A stretch of 64,000 nucleotides of DNA, taken from IMG/VR virus record IMGVR_UViG_3300042350_001000; one strand, written 5' to 3'. The notes beneath the pieces are model-generated. The model saw nothing but the letters and a program-made list of their open reading frames with translations. It did no database searches and was not told the DNA's origin. The translations under genes were made by a program, and so were the position numbers. This DNA comes from an uncultured virus (IMG/VR IMGVR_UViG_3300042350_001000). Taxonomy: Duplodnaviria > Heunggongvirae > Uroviricota > Caudoviricetes. Position 1 is the stretch's first letter, and every line of letters starts with the position of its first letter. Of this stretch, positions 27,015 through 36,341 are shown in pieces.

Positions 27015-29495
27015 TCAAACTCCAAAGGTTCGTTGTGCAGCCTCTTGCGCGGCCATAGCGGTGCGCTCTTGCTCTTGGGTGAGTGCTGCGTTCTCACCGG
27101 CAATTTTTGCCGCCTCGATCTGCTGGCGGGTAAGGTTATCCTCGACGTTCATTGCGATGTCGGCCTGGATCTTCTGGGCGTTTTGCGCCACGTCGGTATC
27201 TTGCTTTTCCTTCTTCAGCATGAGTTCGCCCTGATCCTTTTGGGCTCGGCGCTGGGTTTCTGCCATCGAAGTCTGAACAAGGGCCTCGACCTCCGGCGGT
27301 ACCGGTGGCTTGGGCTGCATTTGCTGCGCGATCTGCATAAGCTGCTGGAGGATCGGCATCATCGGCTCAAAGGTCTCGGCCGAGTCGATATGAACGTGCC
27401 TTGCAACCGCGGACATGAGTTGCTGGGCCTCCTCGAAGATCGGCGTGACCTTCAGGGTGTCCATATCCTTGACCTCGGTGGCGTTGATGTACTCGCTCAT
27501 CCGCTTGAGGTACCAGAGCGTTAAGTGCTGCTTGGCATGTTCAAGCATGGCCGGTACGAACTTCTGCCCGATGATCGGATTCATGCCGTAGACCGGGTCC
27601 ATGGCGTAGGCCAAGTGCGTCTGCAAGTGCGCGATATGGTCCTGGTTCGGGAAGGCTGCGACCGGCTGTCCAAGGGACATGGCCACGTTCTCGAGCGCAG
27701 GGTTCATCTCCTTGACTTCGCGGACATCCGGCAGGACCTGATTGATCTCGGGCACCTTCATCTGCTTCAAGATCCGCTTCATGACCTCCCGGCGATCAAA
27801 TAGGTCGGGGTTGTCCTTAGCGAGGGCGGCCAGGGCTTGGTTTTGGGCAAAGCGCTGGGTCTCGCTGAAGATATGCGGATCAGAAACGGGGACGATGTCG
27901 GTGTTGCGGTCAAAGTCCTGGCGACCAATGACGAGGTCCTCGACCATATCGCCCTTGCGCATATCCTCGAGCCACCAGCGATTGATCCTGCCAAGGACCA
28001 TCAGCATCTTGCGCATGGACTTGTGCAGTCTCATGTGAATGCTGGAGTAGACCGCGGCTCCCTGCTCGATCAAAGCCTGGGTGGTTCCGACCGGTGCGTT
28101 GTTGGATATGTCGGCGATCTTCTCTTCGCTCGTTGTTACGACGCCCTTGGCCGCGTTGGTAATCCAGCCCAGCAACTCGAAGAGCACGGGCGACGGCGGA
28201 TTGAAGGGGAAGGGCATGGCGATCTTCTTAATATCGTCAACGCCTGGGGCTCCCTCGATCTCGGCAACCTGGGTGGGCTCAACCTGCACGCTCTGGCCTG
28301 TTATACGGGCTCCCTTGAGCTTGAGCATGGTCGGTGAGTTGTTGATATGGGCAGAGTCCAAAAGGGCTCTCAGGGCCCCTGTAAGGGCCGCAGACAGGCC
28401 TCCAATCAACTGAGGCAAACCGATCGCATAAGCGCCGCGCCAGGGAATGAATTTGAACTCAATGAGCCAGTCGAGCTTTTGCATTTGCTCGTCGCCCTCC
28501 TCCCAGTTACGGTAAAGGCCGACCACCTGCCGGGACTGCTCGTCGATCATCAGGATGTAGGGCGCAAGGTCGCCAGCCTTGTCGTCGTCCTCTATCGTAA
28601 GGTTGACGTAGGAATGGAAGACGCGACGCTCACCGTCGATGTTCTCGGCGCTTGACTTCTTGCCCTCGATCTTTTCGTTGGCCTTTTGCGCGGCCGTGGG
28701 CTCGGGCTCCATACTGGCGCGGGTATAGGTAACGTCCAGGTAAAGGTTTGCAGCGATCCGGCGGTTGAACTCCTCCTCGGATATATCCTGCATTTCAGTG
28801 CAACGCTGAGCGGTATAAAAGCTTGGCGCGGAGAAGGGCAGCAGGATCTTATCGATGGGCACAAACTCGGCGCAGGGACGCTTCTTTTGCTCGTCATACC
28901 AAAGCTTCAGGTACTGGCTTCCACCAAGGGGAAGCTGGGTAGCAAGCTGCTCGAGTTCATCGCGAAGCTCTTCGATCTGCTCGGTACACTGCCAGTTCAT
29001 GAAGTCACGCTTACGCTCAGCAAGGTTTTGCTTTTGCTCAGTAACCTCGCCAAGGATTTTTGTACCTACAGGACCATCGGGCGGCATGATCTCTTTCATG
29101 CACCGGCTGGCAAAATCCACGCAGGCTTCGGCAATTACTGGGTGTACAGCCTTGGATGCGCCCTGGAAGGTTGCACCGCCTGGAGCCTCGTTACCAAGAC
29201 CGGACCGCTTTAAGCCTTCCTCGTACTGCTTATCGCGCTCCTTGCGGGCCTCCATGTCCTTCTCGAATAGCTGAAGGTACTTAAGCGCGAGGTCGTCCAG
29301 GGTGTTTGGATCGATCTTGGCTGCAAGGTTTTCATAGAACTGCGGATCTTCTTCCGGACCGTCGTTCTCGGTCATGCGGACAACAGCCGACCCGTCCTCG
29401 AGTTCTTCGACATCGGGCTTCTCGTCAAATAGCTTGTAGATCGTCTCGTCGCCCTCGGGGCTTTCCTCAAGGGGTAGATTCATTTCGATCGCCAT
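27015..29495 (-). CDS. Portal protein (P22-like with C-terminal barrel coiled coil)
   Basis: 826 aa; F.GAS...HP..AEA, APVGTT.AL.E.G, VSDP..FS..QR; Gln-rich C-terminal helix. Confidence 0.85.
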   Translation of the reverse strand: MAIEMNLPLEESPEGDETIYKLFDEKPDVEELEDGSAVVRMTENDGPEEDPQFYENLAAKIDPNTLDDLALKYLQLFEKDMEARKERDKQYEEGLKRSGLGNEAPGGATFQGASKAVHPVIAEACVDFASRCMKEIMPPDGPVGTKILGEVTEQKQNLAERKRDFMNWQCTEQIEELRDELEQLATQLPLGGSQYLKLWYDEQKKRPCAEFVPIDKILLPFSAPSFYTAQRCTEMQDISEEEFNRRIAANLYLDVTYTRASMEPEPTAAQKANEKIEGKKSSAENIDGERRVFHSYVNLTIEDDDKAGDLAPYILMIDEQSRQVVGLYRNWEEGDEQMQKLDWLIEFKFIPWRGAYAIGLPQLIGGLSAALTGALRALLDSAHINNSPTMLKLKGARITGQSVQVEPTQVAEIEGAPGVDDIKKIAMPFPFNPPSPVLFELLGWITNAAKGVVTTSEEKIADISNNAPVGTTQALIEQGAAVYSSIHMRLHKSMRKMLMVLGRINRWWLEDMRKGDMVEDLVIGRQDFDRNTDIVPVSDPHIFSETQRFAQNQALAALAKDNPDLFDRREVMKRILKQMKVPEINQVLPDVREVKEMNPALENVAMSLGQPVAAFPNQDHIAHLQTHLAYAMDPVYGMNPIIGQKFVPAMLEHAKQHLTLWYLKRMSEYINATEVKDMDTLKVTPIFEEAQQLMSAVARHVHIDSAETFEPMMPILQQLMQIAQQMQPKPPVPPEVEALVQTSMAETQRRAQKDQGELMLKKEKQDTDVAQNAQKIQADIAMNVEDNLTRQQIEAAKIAGENAALTQEQERTAMAAQEAAQRTFGV

Positions 29496-32400
29496 GATTT
29501 CCTCATCATTTCAAGACGCATAGCGTCGGTATCGGGCTCTCCGCCCTCTTTGTAGCCACGCAACGCCCTCATAAGATCTTCGTGGGTCGTCTTCTCGTCG
29601 GCTACTTTATCCCAGACCGCGTGATGCGCTAGGTGCTGGTAATACGGGTCAAGCGATGGATCAATATCAAGGCCAAGTGCAGACTGTCTGGCCGCCAAGC
29701 GATCGACCGCCTCACGAGCGCCCAGCCCCTTACCCCTTTGCATCATCGTCTGGGGGGCTACAGGGCTGTCCAGGGAGTGCAGGTTAAGCTGCCTTGCGTC
29801 CAGGGTAGGTAGGTCCCCACGGCCCAGCATCGAGCCTATAAAGCCGCTTTTAGCGCCTGCTATGCCCTTAATGCTTTCGGCCCAGTCGCGATACTCATCA
29901 GCCGATCCAACGAGCGCCTGCTGCATTTGCGGGACCAGGGTCGACATGTTGTTGACGCCATACCGAAGCTGCTCGGTAAGCTGGTTGGCTTTGCCGAAGG
30001 GTGCGAACTTAGCCCGAATGTCGTCCAGGGCCTTCTCGTTGACTACGCCACGCTCGGCGTCGTCGAGGAACTTCTGCCCCTGCTTGGAGCCCAGCCATTC
30101 AGCGAAGGCGCCCTCCGGCCTTACCAGCCCTTCGGTCTTCGGCACCTTTAAGCCTGCCTTGGTTGCCGTGTCGTAGGACAGACCGCCGCGGCCAATGCTC
30201 GACTGCGTAATACCGTAGGCCTTGATCAGGTCCCGGACTCCAAGGTTACCGGCCCTGGCTCGTTTGCCCTGCTCAATCATGAAGTCTCCGTACCCGCGCT
30301 GGATGTAATCCGGGACTTCGGCAAGGTTAAGCTGCTTGTTAACCTCGGCCAGAGGCCTCCACTGCCACTCCTGGATCTTGGTGGCCTGGGGGTCTTGGAA
30401 CTTGGCGATAGCCTCAGACGCACGCTTAAGCTTTTTTGCACCGCCTGCCGCCATTTTCACCACCCCTCCATGTTTATACGGGATGGGCTGGCTAAATTTC
30501 TCACGGATCTCGGGGGTGATGTCGAACCCGATCTGGTTCATGGACTTGGTCTTGCTGTACAACTCGTCAAGGTATTGCTCGGCCCTTTCAAGGCTTCGGA
30601 ATCCAGGATGATCTGGTATCGCAATGTCGGTGTCAGCGTCGACCACATAGTACCGATCGCCTTGCAGCGAAAGATCAAGCGGCCGTTGTTGCGTAATGCC
30701 TGGGATGGTCCGGACATTGTCCTTGCCAACCAGAGCCTTGAGCCTGCCGGGGACGATCTCGTCATAGAATTTGCGCATTCCTGCTTCTGTGGATTCGCCC
30801 TTAGCGTCTTGCGGAAAGCGCAGGAAGGACTTGTACCCGTCTATGAATGCAACGCGGTCGTAGCCCTCATCAACTGCACGCTTGATGATGTTCTTCAGGG
30901 ACAGGTCAACCCATTCGTTGGTATTTTTGATAAATGGCCCAGCAGGAGGGCCATACTGCTTCGCATCGTGAAGTTTATTCATCTCCTTAACGAGAACATT
31001 TTCTCTGTCAGCCAAAGCTTTGTATTCATCTTGGCGCTGGGGATCAACTACTAATTCACTGCGCTTAGCAACTACATTACGATGCTCTTCAGCGAGTTTA
31101 TTGAATCGATCTTCTAATGTTGGATCGTCTTTGAACCCATGCTTACGCCCCTCCTGCGCCCAGTCAGACTGAAGCTCTTCAATGAAAAGCACGTTCTTAC
31201 CTTCAGCATCCACACGGTCATTCATCCTAATATGGGATATGACATTGGGGTCCGACCAGTGAGACGAGCGGAAGTCTTTTGATGTCTCTTCAAATATGCG
31301 TCTTGATTCATTTGCAACCTGTTGCTTTTCATCCTCTGACAAAAAGCGCATCTCCTTATTAAACAAAGACATTGCTATGTCATTTGTGTTTGGGGATTTT
31401 TTTGGGACCTTGAGCAAGACCTCGCGATAGTTCTTGCCTCCAGGCTCTTGGTACTCGTGATACTCGGTCAGCCGCTCCCCAGGCTTGGTGCCATAGCTGT
31501 GAGTCCGGCTGAACTTGTTGATGTCCTCTTCGGCCTTCATCGCAAACTCGGCCGCATCGAGGTCGTTCTCCGCAAGGGCCTTCTGATAACGCTCATCGGC
31601 AAGCTTGCGCAACTGAATGATCTGCCTATAGTCATTGACATTCAGGTCTGGCATGTGCAGGTCGGCAAACCCTTTCATGTAGGGCGGTATGACAGATCTG
31701 CTCAGGACCACCTCCTCAACATCGGGCATGGTGCCCTTGGTCATAGCCTGGACTTCCTCACGCGTGACGTTGGGCGCGGCGGCAAGCTTTTGAGCTAGGC
31801 CTGCATCCTCAAGGCGCTGCTTGCTGATCCCTGCTTTGGTGAACTCATTGAGGAAGGCCTGCCCTGGTCCCTGCTTGCGCTGCAAGGTGGTGGCCATTTC
31901 TTCGATGGGGTTGTAAAAGCCAAGCCTGCTGACCGGAGCATTGACGTTCATGGGCGAGACAAAACTTAAAGCGTTTGCAAGTGGGCCCTGTCCGAACATG
32001 GCGCTATCGATTGGGCGAAGGGCTCCCCTTCCCGCCGCCTTGATTGCAGGCATGGCAAATTTGGCGCCTGAGCCAAGCAGTGGCATATACCCAAGAGTAG
32101 CCTCAAGACCTGGACCCGTTATTAGCTCGTAAAGGTCGCCTTTCTTTGCGGCCTCGGACGCTTCGTGATACAGGCGCTCAGGGTCGGGCACAAACATGCC
32201 AACGCTTTTATCCAACAACTGGTTAAGACCTCGTGCTTGCGACTTAGGGGCGCCAAGGGCCTGCAAACCGCTCACCACGGCTCGATCGATCGTGGTTGGC
32301 ATAGCAGACCGCGGCGTCTCGGTCATTTGCGCAGGGTCGGGCTCAATGCGCCTAAGCAGATCCTGGGGCGTTGATCCCATCACGCTCTTGTACCGATTGG

Positions 32401-33211
32401 CCTCCGCGGCCTCACGGCGCATGCGCTCCTGTGCGGCAGCCTTAGCGGCCATGGGATTGAAGTTGAACATCTGGGTGGGGTCGCCACCGTCTTGCATGCG
32501 GATCAGGCCGCCCTCGGCCTTGTTGATGTCCGGGTCGGTTACGTCATAAGTACCCTGATTGCCAAGGTCCGACTTGATTTTCTTCGGGTCGTACACGCCC
32601 AGGTTTTTAACACCCCGTTCTTTAACGAAGAAGCTATCGTGGCCAAGATCCCTTATAACTTGTTGTATATCAGGCCTTTCGATACCGCTCCAGTTATCGT
32701 TTCGCGACGGAAGCTCACGCAAGACTTCTTCAAGATAACGGTGCCTATTAGCATCAAAGGAAGGAACGGCGCCCGAACTGTCGCGAATAAGCGGGAATTT
32801 CTCTTTGTAAAGATTTATAGCGGCTTCGATATGCTCCGGATTGTCGTAATCCCAGGGGTTTTGCGCCTGGACGCGCACAGGATAAACGGTTGGCGCAGTC
32901 CCCGGAGTCACAGCCCACTCCTCCCCAGAATATCTTGATGCAAATTGTGGATCTGGCGTTAAGAAAGCCGCGTCTCGACCTTGTGAGTGCTCAAAGGGCT
33001 TAACTTTGATCTGGGGATAACGCTCCTCCAGTAGTGTTTTTCCGGTTTTGAATTCAACAATACCGGGATTGGTTGACCCGTGGAACATCCGGTCCTTGAT
33101 AAGGCTTGGCTCAAGGAACTTCTTCAGGTTTTCGTCGCGCTCAGCCTTGGTTAAGGCCTTTTTCGCGGCCTTCTTGGGCAGGTTGGCAGTGAACGGGTTG
33201 ATCGGCTTCAT
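29480..33211 (-). CDS. Polyvalent (multidomain) virion cargo protein: ART-like + EExQSDW domain + HhH-GPD glycosylase-like
   Basis: FHGS..F.TP.P..A..Y...IKS..GN.GT.D; GG.NYRE..SHW..H.R..EELQSDW; IKGIAGAKSGF...PTLD. Domains are separated by GG motifs. Confidence 0.65.
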   Translation of the reverse strand: MKPINPFTANLPKKAAKKALTKAERDENLKKFLEPSLIKDRMFHGSTNPGIVEFKTGKTLLEERYPQIKVKPFEHSQGRDAAFLTPDPQFASRYSGEEWAVTPGTAPTVYPVRVQAQNPWDYDNPEHIEAAINLYKEKFPLIRDSSGAVPSFDANRHRYLEEVLRELPSRNDNWSGIERPDIQQVIRDLGHDSFFVKERGVKNLGVYDPKKIKSDLGNQGTYDVTDPDINKAEGGLIRMQDGGDPTQMFNFNPMAAKAAAQERMRREAAEANRYKSVMGSTPQDLLRRIEPDPAQMTETPRSAMPTTIDRAVVSGLQALGAPKSQARGLNQLLDKSVGMFVPDPERLYHEASEAAKKGDLYELITGPGLEATLGYMPLLGSGAKFAMPAIKAAGRGALRPIDSAMFGQGPLANALSFVSPMNVNAPVSRLGFYNPIEEMATTLQRKQGPGQAFLNEFTKAGISKQRLEDAGLAQKLAAAPNVTREEVQAMTKGTMPDVEEVVLSRSVIPPYMKGFADLHMPDLNVNDYRQIIQLRKLADERYQKALAENDLDAAEFAMKAEEDINKFSRTHSYGTKPGERLTEYHEYQEPGGKNYREVLLKVPKKSPNTNDIAMSLFNKEMRFLSEDEKQQVANESRRIFEETSKDFRSSHWSDPNVISHIRMNDRVDAEGKNVLFIEELQSDWAQEGRKHGFKDDPTLEDRFNKLAEEHRNVVAKRSELVVDPQRQDEYKALADRENVLVKEMNKLHDAKQYGPPAGPFIKNTNEWVDLSLKNIIKRAVDEGYDRVAFIDGYKSFLRFPQDAKGESTEAGMRKFYDEIVPGRLKALVGKDNVRTIPGITQQRPLDLSLQGDRYYVVDADTDIAIPDHPGFRSLERAEQYLDELYSKTKSMNQIGFDITPEIREKFSQPIPYKHGGVVKMAAGGAKKLKRASEAIAKFQDPQATKIQEWQWRPLAEVNKQLNLAEVPDYIQRGYGDFMIEQGKRARAGNLGVRDLIKAYGITQSSIGRGGLSYDTATKAGLKVPKTEGLVRPEGAFAEWLGSKQGQKFLDDAERGVVNEKALDDIRAKFAPFGKANQLTEQLRYGVNNMSTLVPQMQQALVGSADEYRDWAESIKGIAGAKSGFIGSMLGRGDLPTLDARQLNLHSLDSPVAPQTMMQRGKGLGAREAVDRLAARQSALGLDIDPSLDPYYQHLAHHAVWDKVADEKTTHEDLMRALRGYKEGGEPDTDAMRLEMMRKSWRSK

Positions 33212-36200
33212 TTGCGCCCTTTCACTATGCCGCCCTTCTTCTTGCTCAGTTTGACGCCCTGGACGTCGGAGCCTTTGGGCGCGATTAGTAAGGATTCGTA
33301 AACGTCGTGGGGCATCTTGCTCGACTTCATGGACATGCGCCCAACGATGTCGCCAATCCCGAAGACATCGCCCTGGCTCTTCGGCCTAAGGGTTGGGTTG
33401 TCGCCCGTCATGGTATTGAACATTTCGGCAGGCGTGGCGTACTCAGTGGCCAGCCCGTACTTGTGTCCCATGCCCGATTGCTCGATGGCCACGAGGAAGT
33501 CCAGGTCCTTGAGGATTGGATCGCCTTCGGTCTCGTAAAGCTGTTTGCGCACGAGGTTTGACTTGGTGATCGAGCCCTTCTTGCGGTCGCCAATGGTGAG
33601 GTCCGTTTCCTTCTCGGCGCTCATCATGGGCCTGCCGGTATTCGGGTTGATCAGTACACCGACGTCCTGCATGACCTTCTTGTCCATGACCTCGCCGGTA
33701 CGCGGGTTCACAAAGGCGCCCGAGTAAAAGTCCGAGCGCTTCATGTTGTTGACCTCGAGAACCTTCTCGACAAGCTTTTGCACGTTCGGGTTGTTCTTGG
33801 GATCAAGGAACCACCGGCTAGGCATCGGCAGGAGGTTGACGCGATCGGGCTGAGTCAGCCTGCTTGCGATGTCCATAGTGGGATCGATGGCCGACGTGAT
33901 GGTCTGCTTGGCAGGCTTAGCAAGGGCCTGGAGACCGCTTACTATGGCCTTGCCGCCTGCTTGCATCTTCTTAACCTTGCCGCCCTTCTTGTAGCCAGCC
34001 TTTTGAAGCTTGGTCAGCAACTCTTCGGATAGGAACTGGGAAGGCGCATAGCCTCGAGTCCAATCCATGTATCCAGGCTGACGACCCTTCTCGGTAAGGA
34101 CCTTGTTGATGTAGTCCTCCATTAGCAGTTCTCGTGGCGCAGGCATGAAGCTGACGCCAAGATCCTCGCCTTTGAGGATGGTCGGGAAGGCCGGGTGAAG
34201 GTCGGGCCTGTCCATCATCTCGCCGCTAAGCTGGAAGAGGCGGTTGCCAAGCGAACCTGTCGGCACTTCCAAGAGCGCCGGATCTGTCGTGCGCTGAATG
34301 ATCCGATCGTAATCGAAGATCTGACCTTTCTTACCGCCAACGCCGATACCTCCCATGACGTCAGCAGCGGCTGCGCGTTTATCGAAAGTGTCGACAAGCT
34401 TGCGGAACTTCCTGGGGTTCGTAATGTCGACGTCGGCCGGGAATAGGTTCTTGCCCTCCTTATCGACCACCGAGGCAAGTTTTGCGTTCAGGGTGTCTTT
34501 GAGTTCGGGCGTAAGCTTTTCTTGCTTAACGCCGCCCATAAACTCCTTGTAAAGGCGGTCAAATACCATTTGGTTCGACTTGTGCTGGGTCGGTGTTCCG
34601 AGCATGGTCGTCCAGATCGCTTGGCCTTCAGGCACGCGGCGATTGGACCCTATGATGGTCTGACCCACTCCAGGCGTCTTAACGCCCCAGGTCGCACCGG
34701 CATAACGCGGGTCGGTAAGCTGAATACCTGAGAATCCCGGACCGCCAAGAAATCCCTCTCCGACTTTAGTTCTATCGGCCTGGGTGATCATCAGTGTCTT
34801 GCCTTCGTGCTTACCCAAAGCTTCGGACGGTAGGATGAGACCAGTCTCGGTGATCTCCAGGATTCTCTTCTCGATGTCCTTGGGCATTTCCATGTTCAAG
34901 CCAGTCTTGCCCTGGAAGCTTTGACCAGGAAGGGCCTTAAAAGCCTTCTCAGCGGCCTTCTTGGCTAAGCCACCGCCTGCCATGCTTACGAGGCCGCCTC
35001 GAGCACCGCCCTGGTAATTGCCAGGATCGTCCGGTTTGGCTGTAGGTACGATCGGCGTCGTTGAGTCGACCGTGGTGGCTGTTGGGTCGGTAACCGCTGG
35101 GCTGGTAACCGTCGGACTGGTCGTCGTAGATCCCGCAGGCGGGACGTAGGTCGACAGCTTGGGTGCCAGGGCATTCAGGCGTGCGGTCTTGGCGGCTGCC
35201 AATTGATTCTGACGGGCAAGACGATCAGCGCCTTGATTGGCAAACTGAGCGGCTCGGTTTTTGGCCATCAGGCTCGAAGCTGCATCCCTTGCTACGGACT
35301 GCTGTCTCATTTGGCCCAGGCCGGTCGCTATGGGATTGATTCCCCTGTAAGGAATACCGCCAGCAGCCATATGCACGAGACCGCCTGCTGAATTGTCTGC
35401 ACGCCACTGGTCGACGCCAGTTGCGCCTATGCCATCGTCAGCGTGGGTACCGTCAACATAACCGCCGTTCGCAAAGCCACGGCCGGACATATCCTGGGCT
35501 ACGCTCGGATCGTAGATTGCATAAGCCTTGCCCGTCGCGTTGGGCATTTGAGTCCCGGCAAAGCCAGCGTCGAGGATCTCCTGGCGGATCATATCCTTGC
35601 CGATCCCTGGCTTGACCATGGCCTGCCTGCGCAGCATGTCGTAGTAGTCAAGGCCTTCCATTTGGCCTTGGGGCGTGTCATACATCTTGTCGAACATCAG
35701 CATTCGGTTGCGATCAACGTCGACAGGCGTGACGTTAGCTCCAGGCTGATTGCCGGTGAACTTGTTGGCGTACCGGGGAAGCTCTGCCGTATAAAAGGCG
35801 CGACCCATCGAGGCGTGGGGATCTGCCCTCATGATGTCGAACTTACCCTCGATCGGGATACGCTGGCCAGAGTAGACGCGCATGAAGTCGGGCTCGGGCC
35901 CCTTGAGTACCTCGGCTACCGGCTTGGGCGCCTTGGGCATCATGGACTCGACCTTCTGCATGTTGTTTAGCCTGCCTGCCATCTTTTGCAGCGCAGCATT
36001 GGTCCCAGCCCCTCCGGCCATCGATGCAGGGACTGACCCAAAGGTCTGGCCCATCTGAGCCGTGTGAGCGCGGTCAGGCTGCGTTAAAGGGTTCGGGGTC
36101 ATGCCTCGTAAGGCGTGGCTCATTTCTTCGCTTGTAGGCCCTTGTAGGCCCCTTGCAAGCATGGCTGGCATGAAGCCTGCCGTCTTGATGTTGCTCAGCG

Positions 36201-36333
36201 CCTGGGTAAGGTCGCCTGCCGTACCCAAGCCTTCTGCCAGGGCGCCTCGTACCGCACCGCGGCCCATGTCGGCTAGGCCTTGCAGGGCCTGGGGAATGAA
36301 CGTCGGATTCTTCTGGGCGCGTGGGTTTGGCAT
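33208..36333 (-). CDS. Polyvalent virion cargo protein: divergent ART-like domain + two unassigned globular domains
   Basis: VYSG..F....MGRAFYT....A..F...GFAG...AIYDP, followed by two domains delimited by GG doublets. Confidence 0.55.
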   Translation of the reverse strand: MPNPRAQKNPTFIPQALQGLADMGRGAVRGALAEGLGTAGDLTQALSNIKTAGFMPAMLARGLQGPTSEEMSHALRGMTPNPLTQPDRAHTAQMGQTFGSVPASMAGGAGTNAALQKMAGRLNNMQKVESMMPKAPKPVAEVLKGPEPDFMRVYSGQRIPIEGKFDIMRADPHASMGRAFYTAELPRYANKFTGNQPGANVTPVDVDRNRMLMFDKMYDTPQGQMEGLDYYDMLRRQAMVKPGIGKDMIRQEILDAGFAGTQMPNATGKAYAIYDPSVAQDMSGRGFANGGYVDGTHADDGIGATGVDQWRADNSAGGLVHMAAGGIPYRGINPIATGLGQMRQQSVARDAASSLMAKNRAAQFANQGADRLARQNQLAAAKTARLNALAPKLSTYVPPAGSTTTSPTVTSPAVTDPTATTVDSTTPIVPTAKPDDPGNYQGGARGGLVSMAGGGLAKKAAEKAFKALPGQSFQGKTGLNMEMPKDIEKRILEITETGLILPSEALGKHEGKTLMITQADRTKVGEGFLGGPGFSGIQLTDPRYAGATWGVKTPGVGQTIIGSNRRVPEGQAIWTTMLGTPTQHKSNQMVFDRLYKEFMGGVKQEKLTPELKDTLNAKLASVVDKEGKNLFPADVDITNPRKFRKLVDTFDKRAAAADVMGGIGVGGKKGQIFDYDRIIQRTTDPALLEVPTGSLGNRLFQLSGEMMDRPDLHPAFPTILKGEDLGVSFMPAPRELLMEDYINKVLTEKGRQPGYMDWTRGYAPSQFLSEELLTKLQKAGYKKGGKVKKMQAGGKAIVSGLQALAKPAKQTITSAIDPTMDIASRLTQPDRVNLLPMPSRWFLDPKNNPNVQKLVEKVLEVNNMKRSDFYSGAFVNPRTGEVMDKKVMQDVGVLINPNTGRPMMSAEKETDLTIGDRKKGSITKSNLVRKQLYETEGDPILKDLDFLVAIEQSGMGHKYGLATEYATPAEMFNTMTGDNPTLRPKSQGDVFGIGDIVGRMSMKSSKMPHDVYESLLIAPKGSDVQGVKLSKKKGGIVKGRK

Positions 36334-36341
36334 GGTGGTCC

